64,000 bases of DNA from Fibrobacteria bacterium (GTDB lineage Bacteria > Fibrobacterota > Fibrobacteria > UBA11236 > JADFYW01). The translations under genes were made by a program, and so were the position numbers. The notes beneath the pieces are model-generated. The model saw only the letters and a list, made by a program, of their open reading frames with translations. It made no database searches and was not told where the DNA came from. How positions within the stretch are numbered: position 1 is the stretch's first letter; each line of letters opens with the position of its first letter. This document shows, piece after piece, positions 8,820-18,100 of this stretch. The stretch is taken from assembly GCA_050294405.1 (NCBI GenBank), contig JBNKOC010000001.1, forward strand, positions 1 to 64,000, written 5' to 3'.

Positions 8820-9839
8820 ATGGGAATTTTTGAAAGATATTTAAGCGTATGGGTGTTTTTGTCTATGTTAGGCGGGATTGCCCTTGGATTTTTCGCTCGT
8901 CCTCTGGCTGCAGCCTTTGCGGGGATGGAACTTTATGGGGTTAATATGCCTGTGGCCATTTTGGTTTGGGCTATGATTTATCCCATGATGGCGCAAATTG
9001 ATTTTTCGAAAATGGGGGAAGCCAGCCACTATGTTAAGGGCCTTGGAATTACCGTTGCGGCGAATTGGCTGATTAAGCCTTTTACCATGTCGTTTTTTGC
9101 CTATGTATTCTTCCACTATTTGTTTAAGGCTTACATAGACCCGCAAACGGCTAATGAATATTTGGCGGGAGCCATATTGCTGGGGGCGGCCCCCTGTACG
9201 GCTATGGTTTTTGTGTGGTCATATCTCACCAAGGGGGACGCCAATTACACTTTGGCCCAGGTAAGTATTAACGATTTGATAATATTTATTGCTTTTATCC
9301 CCATTGTGAAATTTTTGCTGGGATTGTCTCAAATACATATTCCCTTGGGAACCCTGGTTTTTTCCGTGGTGATGTTTGTATTGATTCCTTTGGTGGCGGG
9401 TTTTATATCTAATAAGGTTTTGGTGGCCAAAAGAGGGTTGGAGTGGTACAAATCCAGATTTTTACCGGGCTTAAAACCCGTAAGCATAGTGGCTTTGTTA
9501 AGCACTTTGGTGCTTTTGTTTGCCTTGCAGGGCCACAAAATTCTGGCCAACCCCTTTCACATTTTATTAATAGCTGTGCCTTTAACCCTGCAAACCTATT
9601 TTATTTTCTTTATTACCTGGAAAGCAGGACGTTGGGCTCGTTTGCCCCATTGCATTGTATCCCCTTCGGCCATGATTGGGGCCAGCAATTTTTTTGAACT
9701 GGCTGTAGCTGTGGCCATCGCCCTTTTTGGTTTGGAGTCGGGAGCGTCCCTGGCCACGGTGGTGGGGGTTCTAATTGAAGTTCCCGTTATGTTATCGCTA
9801 GTGAAATTCAGCAATAAAAACTTTTATCAGGCAGCTTAA
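8820..9839 (+). CDS. acr3: ACR3-family arsenite efflux transporter
   Basis: FERYLSVWV, MIYPMM, NWLIKPF, GAAPCTAMVFVWS, GASNFFELAVAVA, LIEVPVML. Confidence 0.96.
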   Translation: MGIFERYLSVWVFLSMLGGIALGFFARPLAAAFAGMELYGVNMPVAILVWAMIYPMMAQIDFSKMGEASHYVKGLGITVAANWLIKPFTMSFFAYVFFHYLFKAYIDPQTANEYLAGAILLGAAPCTAMVFVWSYLTKGDANYTLAQVSINDLIIFIAFIPIVKFLLGLSQIHIPLGTLVFSVVMFVLIPLVAGFISNKVLVAKRGLEWYKSRFLPGLKPVSIVALLSTLVLLFALQGHKILANPFHILLIAVPLTLQTYFIFFITWKAGRWARLPHCIVSPSAMIGASNFFELAVAVAIALFGLESGASLATVVGVLIEVPVMLSLVKFSNKNFYQAA

Positions 9840-9842
9840 AAC

Positions 9843-10277
9843 ATGGAAGCAAAAAAAGTATTAGTTATGTGCACAGGCAATTCTTTTCGAAGCCACATGG
9901 CCGAAGCTTTTATTCGAAAATTTGCAGGCTCCAGGGCCGAAGTTTACAGTGCTGGAGTCAAGGCCAGCGGAAAAATTTATCCCTGGGCTATTAAACTGAT
10001 GGCCGAAGAAGGCTTAGATATATCGGGTCAAACTTCCGATCAGGTGGATAAATATTTTGATATATCCTTCGATTACTTAATTACCGTATGCGATAACGCC
10101 AAAGAAACCTGCCCGGTTTTTCCACATCCAGTTGGAAAAAAACTTCACCACAGTTTTAAGGACTACGAGCCGAAGGGCGAGCTAAGCGATGAAGAATATA
10201 TGCAAACGCTTCGGCCCATTCGCGATGCCATTAAAAGTTATTGCGAAGATTTTGTGAAGGGGGAGTTAGCCCCTTAA
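9843..10277 (+). CDS. arsC: Thioredoxin-type (LMW-PTP fold) arsenate reductase
   Basis: P-loop CTGNSFRS (Cx5R) plus VCDNAKETCP Cys pair; operon context. Confidence 0.88.
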   Translation: MEAKKVLVMCTGNSFRSHMAEAFIRKFAGSRAEVYSAGVKASGKIYPWAIKLMAEEGLDISGQTSDQVDKYFDISFDYLITVCDNAKETCPVFPHPVGKKLHHSFKDYEPKGELSDEEYMQTLRPIRDAIKSYCEDFVKGELAP

Positions 10278-10534
10278 ATCTTGGTTTGGTAGTAGCGCTG
10301 CCTTCTTTCCAGGCTTTTTTTCTGTTCTGTTAAATCTTGTTTGAGGCTTCTTAAGGTTCTGTCTTTGGGACGGTCTTCCAGTCTCTGGTTTACAATCACC
10401 AGGGACTCGTCTACCATAGCCAGTTCCTTTGAAATCTCGGTAAGAGTTCGCATATTTTTTTGGCTCTTATGGGTATTGCTTGCGCAATTCACAAACCAAA
10501 AAGATAAAACCATTAATAATATCCATTTCTTCAT
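10274..10534 (-). CDS. Small coiled-coil lipoprotein, unknown function
   Basis: MKK start, hydrophobic core, lipobox FVNC; charged helical remainder; GAGGA upstream. Confidence 0.7.
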   Translation of the reverse strand: MKKWILLMVLSFWFVNCASNTHKSQKNMRTLTEISKELAMVDESLVIVNQRLEDRPKDRTLRSLKQDLTEQKKSLERRQRYYQTKI

Positions 10535-10743
10535 TGCTGCTTCCTCAACAGTAATTTCCGGTCGTCTTAAATTAGTTAGGTTTGTGGGGGGGATGGTTCA
10601 TTTTTTCCAAAATTGGGAAAAATGCGTCAAAAACAGCGATTTAATAGTGGCCTAAAAAAATCCAGTTTTTTTGGAATACAATAAATTCCATATAAAGCCA
10701 TAAATAGTGTATTTTGTACCATTTTGATGTATATTAGAATACA

Positions 10744-11592
10744 GTGGAGGCTTTAAATTTATATCAATTTTCCGATTACCGGGAATTTATTCGTGCTTAT
10801 TACGAATCCCAAAAAAATTCCAGAATAGGGTTTTCCTTCAGGGCCTTTGCTAAAAAAGCGGGTTTTTCATCTCCCAATTTTATAAAACTGGTGATGGAAG
10901 GTCAGAAAAACCTAAGTCTGGATAGTATTCATAAGTTAGCTAAAGCTATGGATTTAAACGAATCTTCTCAAAAATATTTTGAGGAGATAGTGCTCTTTTC
11001 CCAGGCTAAGAGTTTTAAGGAAAAAACCGAGCATTTAAAAAATCTGGATGCTTTTCATGAAAAAAACAATCCAGGGGCCTTGTCCGAGGATGACTATGAT
11101 TATTTAAAGTATTGGTATTACCCAGTAGTTCGGGAATTGGTGGATTTACCCCAGTTTAAGGAAGATCCCAAATATCTTGAGTCCATGTTTAAGGGCAAGC
11201 TCAATTCTGGAAAAATCAAAAAGGCCCTGGCCTTCCTGGAAAAACGAGGTTTTCTAGAGCGCAACGCAAGTGGCCGTCTCCAAAAGAAAGATAAAACTTT
11301 GGCCACGGGCAGTGTCAGCGATAAAGAAATCCAGAGCCTTATAGCGCGGTCTTACCACCGGACTATGGCGGAAAAATCATTGGAAGCGGTAACCGAACTT
11401 TCCAAGGAAGAGAGGAATACCAGCAACACCACCTTGAGCTTTTCAAAAAAAGGATACGAAGCGGCAGTGGAACGCTTGAAAGCCCTGCGCTACGAGCTTT
11501 TAGAGTTGGCGGCCGCGGATGAAGAAGCAGACAGGATTTATCATCTCAATTTAAATATCTTTCCCTTAACCGAATCTGGTCCGAAAGAATGA
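10744..11592 (+). CDS. TIGR02147-family (DUF4423) HTH-containing protein
   Basis: YQFSDYREFI, FSFRAFAKKAGFSSP, WYYPVVREL, YHRTM, SNTTLSFS, IYHLNLNIFPL family signature. Confidence 0.88.
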   Translation: MEALNLYQFSDYREFIRAYYESQKNSRIGFSFRAFAKKAGFSSPNFIKLVMEGQKNLSLDSIHKLAKAMDLNESSQKYFEEIVLFSQAKSFKEKTEHLKNLDAFHEKNNPGALSEDDYDYLKYWYYPVVRELVDLPQFKEDPKYLESMFKGKLNSGKIKKALAFLEKRGFLERNASGRLQKKDKTLATGSVSDKEIQSLIARSYHRTMAEKSLEAVTELSKEERNTSNTTLSFSKKGYEAAVERLKALRYELLELAAADEEADRIYHLNLNIFPLTESGPKE

Positions 11593-12215
11593 TGGCAGCA
11601 CGAAAGATATTTTCAATCACCTGGCTTTGGGTGATATGCATGGCCTTGCTTATTGGTTGTGAGTTGGGTGGCGGCACCGATGTGGAAAACGCCTCTTTGC
11701 GGGGAAAGGTGATGTTAGAGGGCGAGGCTGTGGCTTTTGCGGATTTGTATTTAATGTCCAATGTTTACAATCCAATGAAGCCGACTGAGTATCCAAGTTT
11801 TAAAACCCAAACCAACGAGGCGGGGGAGTTTTCTTTTCCCAATGTTAAAAGGGATGTTTATGCCCTGGAAATTCGCTACCAAGGCAAGGCGGTTATGGAT
11901 TGGATGGGCAACCTTAACCTCGAGGAAAATCCCGAGGCGAACTACCAGTTGGATTTGAAACCTGCCCATACCCTTTTATTTAGTGTTCCCGATTCCCTGC
12001 AGGACAGCGCCTTGTATATTTTTATTCCCGGTTGTCTGGCCATGGGGCGCCTGGGTGCATCGGACGATAAGACGGAAATAAGCTTAAGCCATGTTCCCGA
12101 GACCCCCATTTGGGCTGTATATTATGGCTTTGAAAACAGACCGGATTTTGAGCCCCAACCTTTTTATTGGGATATCCCCGTTCCTGCAACGGATACGGTG
12201 GACTTAAGGGATTAA
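11589..12215 (+). CDS. Lipoprotein with carboxypeptidase-regulatory-like (transthyretin-like) domain
   Basis: Lipobox LIGC, GGGTDVEN, TQTNEAGEFSF...YALEI; overlaps TIGR02147 stop. Confidence 0.7.
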   Translation: MMAARKIFSITWLWVICMALLIGCELGGGTDVENASLRGKVMLEGEAVAFADLYLMSNVYNPMKPTEYPSFKTQTNEAGEFSFPNVKRDVYALEIRYQGKAVMDWMGNLNLEENPEANYQLDLKPAHTLLFSVPDSLQDSALYIFIPGCLAMGRLGASDDKTEISLSHVPETPIWAVYYGFENRPDFEPQPFYWDIPVPATDTVDLRD

Positions 12216-12218
12216 AAA

Positions 12219-12773
12219 TTAGTAACCGCCTCCGGGCATGGTGATTTTCCCATACATCTTTACATTGGGCGGGTAGGCCATCACATACTTATCCCACCAA
12301 ACCGGTTTTTTCGGATCGTAGGGATCGTAAAAGGGGTTTTTCACTATCTGGCAGCCAAAACGCTGGTAAAACTCAGGAACGGATGTTTGAAACAAACAAA
12401 TATCAAAAAGCATGGCGTCCACATGTTTAAAAGCCATAGCCACAATATCCCTGCCGACTCCCTGGCCCTGGAAATCGGGATGAACGCAAACCGAAGCAAG
12501 AGCCATGTTATTCCAAACGCTGGACTCGTCCTGGCATACCCGGTGGAAAATTTTGCCATAGCCCACTAACCGGTCTTTGGCCAGGGCCACAATATGCCGT
12601 TCGAAAATTTGGGAGCTGGCCTCAATATTTGGGCTTTGATAATACTTTTCTTTTTCGGGGGTTTTAGGGGGCCAATGGATTTTCCACAAATTTTTAATTT
12701 CTAAAATGCGTTCCGCACTTAGTTGCTCAGCCCTGAGCATATCCACCAAAAAGGGTTTAGAATCTTCCAGCAT
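12219..12773 (-). CDS. GNAT-family N-acetyltransferase
   Basis: Motif A VCVHPDFQGQGVG; FYQRFG. Confidence 0.85.
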   Translation of the reverse strand: MLEDSKPFLVDMLRAEQLSAERILEIKNLWKIHWPPKTPEKEKYYQSPNIEASSQIFERHIVALAKDRLVGYGKIFHRVCQDESSVWNNMALASVCVHPDFQGQGVGRDIVAMAFKHVDAMLFDICLFQTSVPEFYQRFGCQIVKNPFYDPYDPKKPVWWDKYVMAYPPNVKMYGKITMPGGGY

Positions 12774-13196
12774 AGTGCCAAAATCCCTTAAAACTCCCCA
12801 TAAATATAATCAATTAAGTGGGCAGGGTTTTAATGGAAAAGTGGGTTTTCTGCATGGATGATAAGAAAGAGAAAAATTTTAATGTTATTTGAGTGTTAGC
12901 TCCTGTCCAAAAGGCCAGTGAAATTCCAAATTTATAAATTAGGAATTGGGATCTTTATCTTGGGAAACAGTATTTGCAAAAAATGGAGCGTGTTTTGGCG
13001 TTGCTCATTTGTTAATAATTGTTTTGTATGTAATGAATTTTTATTCAATCAATGTGCTCCAGATATTTTGAAATGCTAGATGCTTTACTATGCAAACAAA
13101 GTTTCGGTACTTGAAAAAAAATAAAAATAAGTGGATCGACCTGGACGGAATTAATATATACTTTAGTAAAGTAAACTAATCTTTACCATACTGAAA

Positions 13197-14432
13197 ATGC
13201 CTATTAATATTAAATTACACCAAGCCCTTAATAACTTCTTCTCAGAACAGTTGAATATGTATGGGGGAATGCCCGAGCCTGTGGCAAGCTCAGAAATTAA
13301 GGAGACATTTCAGTTTAATGATTTTATTTCTAAAGCTGTTAAAATCAAATCGGTTCCCTTCGGAAAAAAGGGTTTGGAGTATTTAACAGAACATCCCCTG
13401 ACAAAAGAATATCGCTTTTACTTTGAAAGGCCCGACAACTCACATTTGCGTTCCCATCAATTCTTGCATGGGTTAAAGCAGCTTCAATTAAAAGAACGTA
13501 AAGAATGGCATACCAAGGGAGTCTTAACATTTTTTAAATTATCTTCTGAGGCCCTCGAAACAGCCTATTCAAACATAGCCCAGGGAAACAGTTTTTCACC
13601 GGATGTATTTAGGGAAGTAGCCCAAGGGTTGTTAGAAATTTTTGAGATAGACCGAAATCTTTTGATGAGCATGGTGTTATGGGAAAATAAAAAAGAATGT
13701 TATTTGAGCTGCCACGGTATAAAGTCCTGTGCTGTGGCTTACCATGTGGCCGCCGCAGCTGGCTTTTCCAAAGCTGAGATTTTAGAAATTGGTATTGCCG
13801 CTTTAATATCGGATTTGGGAATGGTTTGGGTAACTCCCCACTTAAAAAATAAAGAAAGGCTTAACTCCGAAGAGCACTGCGAAATTTACAAGCACCCTAT
13901 ATTGACGCTTCATACCCTCCATAAATTAGAGGAGCTTAGCCCAAAAGTTATTTTTTCCGCCTACCAGCACCACGAACGGCAAAACGGGGTGGGTTACCCG
14001 GATAAAAAAGAAGACGGCCAAATATTGCCTTATTCCAAGGTTTTGGCTATTGCTGATATTTTTAGCGCTATGGTTTCTGATAGGGATAATCGCCGGGGTC
14101 ATTTGCCCAATATTGCCATGATCAATTTATTGAAATTGGCTCGCACAGGAATGCTCAGCGTTCAAGAGGTCATTGCCTTTTGTGACTTTGTTTCTCTTTA
14201 TCCAGCAGGAACCTTGGTTCGCTTGAATACAGGACAAATTGGCCGGGTATTGCACACAAATTACGGAAAATACGACAGGCCTGTTTTATCCATTTTAACA
14301 GATTCTCAAGAAACCTTACTCAGTAAGCAAAAAGTTTTTACATTAGACTTGTCACAAGAAAGTAAGATTCATATTGAGCAAGTGGTTCCAAATTGGGTAT
14401 TTAAGCCTGCTCCTCTGGACGGCATCGCGTAA
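13197..14432 (+). CDS. HD-GYP domain protein, degenerate HD dyad
   Basis: HHERQNGVGYP, IADIFSAM, YPAGTLVRLNTG; LISDLG where HD is expected. Confidence 0.85.
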   Translation: MPINIKLHQALNNFFSEQLNMYGGMPEPVASSEIKETFQFNDFISKAVKIKSVPFGKKGLEYLTEHPLTKEYRFYFERPDNSHLRSHQFLHGLKQLQLKERKEWHTKGVLTFFKLSSEALETAYSNIAQGNSFSPDVFREVAQGLLEIFEIDRNLLMSMVLWENKKECYLSCHGIKSCAVAYHVAAAAGFSKAEILEIGIAALISDLGMVWVTPHLKNKERLNSEEHCEIYKHPILTLHTLHKLEELSPKVIFSAYQHHERQNGVGYPDKKEDGQILPYSKVLAIADIFSAMVSDRDNRRGHLPNIAMINLLKLARTGMLSVQEVIAFCDFVSLYPAGTLVRLNTGQIGRVLHTNYGKYDRPVLSILTDSQETLLSKQKVFTLDLSQESKIHIEQVVPNWVFKPAPLDGIA

Positions 14433-14453
14433 ACTGATTTAAAAAGGTTTTTT

Positions 14454-15074
14454 ATGGAAACCAAACCAATGGTTTTGATTGTTGAAGACAATAAAAATGA
14501 TATTGACGTTTTGAATTTGGTTTCAAATTCAGTGAGCCCCAACCTTGATATTACCTTTGTTAGTAGTCTATCAGATACTTTTAAGCATCTCAAGGTAAAT
14601 AATTATAGGGCCATTTTGCTGGATTTGGGGCTTCCCGATTCCTGGGGTTACGAGACCTTTAAAAAGGTGAAAGACCATGTTAAGGATGTTCCCATTATTA
14701 TTTACAGTTCCCTTAATGATGAAGGCATGAGCCTCATGGCGCTTAGAAATGGCGCTACCAAGTACTATATCAAAGGAGTGGATACTGAAAAAGAAATTTT
14801 CGATTATTTGAATAAAATCTGTGGGGAGCCGCAAAATCAAAATATCCCGTTAAAATCTTTGGATCCGGGTATAGGGCTTACCAGCGAATTGATGGAAACC
14901 TATAGAAAAAAACTCAATCACGATTTGCGCTCTTGCTTGTCCAACATTAAATCTTTCCAACGGATTATAGTGGAAGAATTAAAACCCGAAGATCCGGAAA
15001 TGAAAGATTTTTTGAACCGAATCAGACTGCGCTGTGATGATGGTTTAAATATTCTGGACCAAATCTACAATTGA
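14454..15074 (+). CDS. Receiver domain fused to DHp/HisKA-like helix, no HATPase
   Basis: VLIVEDN, ILLDLGLPDS, then LNHDLRSCLSNI H-box; ends before any N/G boxes. Confidence 0.78.
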   Translation: METKPMVLIVEDNKNDIDVLNLVSNSVSPNLDITFVSSLSDTFKHLKVNNYRAILLDLGLPDSWGYETFKKVKDHVKDVPIIIYSSLNDEGMSLMALRNGATKYYIKGVDTEKEIFDYLNKICGEPQNQNIPLKSLDPGIGLTSELMETYRKKLNHDLRSCLSNIKSFQRIIVEELKPEDPEMKDFLNRIRLRCDDGLNILDQIYN

Positions 15075-15113
15075 CTTTTTATTTGTCCCCTGCCACGATT
15101 TATTTGATTTTAA

Positions 15114-18100
15114 TTGCAAATGTTGGAAAATAAAGATAAAAAAATAGCCTCGAAGGAAGGCTACGTAATAGGCGTTGGCGCCTCTGCAGGGGGGATTGAT
15201 GTATTAAAGGTTTTCTTCTCCAGACTTCCAAAAGAAGTTCCCCACAGTTTTGTAATAGTTCAGCATTTGTCCTCGGATTACAAATCATTAATGGCCGATT
15301 TACTAAAAAAGCATACCAGCCTTCCTATACATACGGTGGAACAGGGTATGAAATTGGAGAAAGGCCATATATATTTGATTCCCTCGGGGAAAAACCTGAG
15401 CATAAAAAAAGACTGTTTTGAATTATCTCAGAAACCCGATAAATCAAAAATAAATTTTCCCATTGATATTTTTTTTGATTCCCTTGCTCAAAATTATAAG
15501 AGTAAAGCTATTGCCGTAGTTTTATCTGGCACAGGTTCTGACGGGAGCAGAGGTATAAAAAAAATTAAGGAGAATGGCGGTTTTGTAATTACTCAAAGCC
15601 CTGAAACCTCTCAATTTGACGGCATGCCTCATGCGTCTATTTCTACTGGTTTTGTGGACACTATTTTAGCTCCCGAGGACATGCCGGAGCAAATCATGAG
15701 ATACATACGCAGCCCTAAAGTGGAATTGACCCAGTTTGAACGCAATGTTATTAAGGATAGGCAAAATTTCAACAAAATATTAGAGTTAATTTCTGATTTT
15801 GCCAATATCAATTTTAGCTGGTATAAAAAACCCACCCTGATAAGGCGGTTGGCCCGTCGGATGCATCTCAATCATTGTGAAACCCTATCCCAATATTATA
15901 AGTTTGTACTTTCCAGCGCCCAGGAATTATCCGATTTAGTAAACGAATTGTTTATTGGGGTAACCAGTTTTTTTCGAGATTCTTCTGCCTTTAGCTATCT
16001 CCAGAAAAATGTGGTGAGAGAGTTAGTTAGAAATTGTCCCGTAGATCAGTCCATTAAAGTGTGGAGCATTGCATGCTCAACAGGTGAGGAAGCCTATTCA
16101 ACGGCCATTTTATTTAAGGAAGCCATGGAAGAGCTTCGCGTTTTTAGGGAACTGAAAATTTTTGCTACAGATGTATCTAAAGAGGCCATTGAAAAAGCAG
16201 GGATGGGGAGTTTTGATAAAAAAGCAATTAGTCGAGTTAGCAATGAACGGCTTAAAAAGTTTTTTTACTATAAAAAAGGCGAATACACCATTAACTTTGA
16301 TATCAGGCAATGCATCATTTTTGCCCAGCATAATGCCCTGAATAACCCTCCTTTTAAAAATGTAGACCTTATCATCTGCCGGAATTTTTTAATATATCTG
16401 GAGCCTTCTTTTCAGAAAAAAATGATTAACATTATCCATTACAGTCTGAAAGAAAAGGGTTACTTGTTTTTGGGCCCAAGCGAATCTCTTGGAGAGTTTA
16501 GCAGCCAGTTTACTGTGCTTAACCGCAAATGGAAAATTTATAAAAATAAAATTTTATCTTCTGGCTTAATTAGCGAAAGCCTGCAATTTACCCCGAGCAT
16601 ACAAACTTCCCAATTATATCCCAAAACCAATTGGCAAATTTCCAAAGAAGGCGGGATGGAAAGGCAGTTTGCCAGTAATTTAAATGATATACTTTGCTCC
16701 CAATTCGGGGCCGCCGCCATCTATGTGGACAAAAATTTTGACATACTGTATGGAATAGGCAACTATAAAAAATATTTAAATATGCCCGATCATTACATCA
16801 GTTTTAATCTGCTTCACATGTTGCCTAAAGAAGCGTCTCTCGCCCTTTCCACCACATCCAGAAAAGTGCTGAAAACGGGGGAGAAAGTGATTTGCAAAAG
16901 CATTCCATTTGAACAAGAAGAAGTCTCTTCCCGGGTGGACATATTATTGTGTCCGGCAAATCTTTCCAAGGGAACCTTAAACGTATTTCAGTTGGTGGTA
17001 TTTTTAGAATCCCAAGTTTCTGATACTTCTCAAATGTTTTTGCCAACTAACAATTCAAATGAAGAAAATAGTTTTGTTGGCATATTGGAAACAGAATTGC
17101 GCGATACCAAGGAAAATATGCGCACAATTTTGGAAGAGTTGGAAACTTCTAATGAGGAACATCAGGCGACCAATGAAGAGTTGCTGGCGGCCAATGAGGA
17201 ACTACAGAGTACCAACGAAGAACTTCAAAGCGTCAATGAAGAATTGCACTCGGTAAATACAGAACATCAGTTAAAAATTGAAGAGCTTTCCATTTTAAAC
17301 TCGGATATGGAAAACCTTATCACCAGTACCCAAATAGGCACTATCTTTTTAACCAATGACTTTAGAATTAGAAAATTTACTCCGGCAATTAAGGAGCAAT
17401 TAACCCTTTTAGACGGCGATGTAGGCCGGCCCATACATCATTTTACCAGTCATTTTGTGGATGACGATAATAAAAAGTTTCTTAAGCATTTGCACAGTGT
17501 GGTTAAAAATCGAGTTCCCATAAAAGATGAGCTCCAAACTAAGGATGGAAGCTGGTACCTTAGCCAATTTTTTCCTTTTATGAGAAACTCCAATGTTCAG
17601 GATGGGGCGGTGGTAAGCTTCGTAGATATAAATGAAATTAAAGAAACCCGCAAGCAATTGGAATTACAAAGGCAAGTGTTGATTCAAAGAAATAAGGAAT
17701 TGGAACATTCCACAAAGGCTTTAATGGATAGTGAAGAAACATTCCGGTCCATATTCGCTTCGGCTCCAGAAGGAATATTAATTGCCGACGATAAGGGAAA
17801 AATTGTTCGTTATAACCAAACCTTGGCTGATATGATGGGCTATGATACCAGCGAATTAATAGGGAAGGAAGTGGAAGTTTTAATTCCTCCTGAATTGCGA
17901 AAAGGCCATGTGAAATACCGTAAAGACTTTCAAAAAAATGAGAAAAATAATCGGGAAATGGGAGCTGGCCGTGACTTGAATGCAGTAAGAAAAAATGGAG
18001 AATTATTCCCTGTGGAAATTGGGTTGGCCCCGTTTGAGGCCACGGGTAAAAAATTCGTATCTGCCCTGGTAGTGGATATTACCGAACGCAAAAAGGTAGA

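Noticed and set aside
8458..10277. ars operon as part of a mobile element
   Set aside because: No transposase, integrase, terminal repeats or obvious compositional shift
12961..13012. Possible sigma54 -24/-12 promoters (also near 24596)
   Set aside because: GG-to-GC spacing does not fit
12774..13196. Possible c-di-GMP riboswitch upstream of the HD-GYP gene
   Set aside because: No class I or II consensus elements found; AT-rich
17133..17270. 21-bp periodic repeats resembling an array
   Set aside because: Coding heptad repeats with no spacers and no cas genes; not CRISPR
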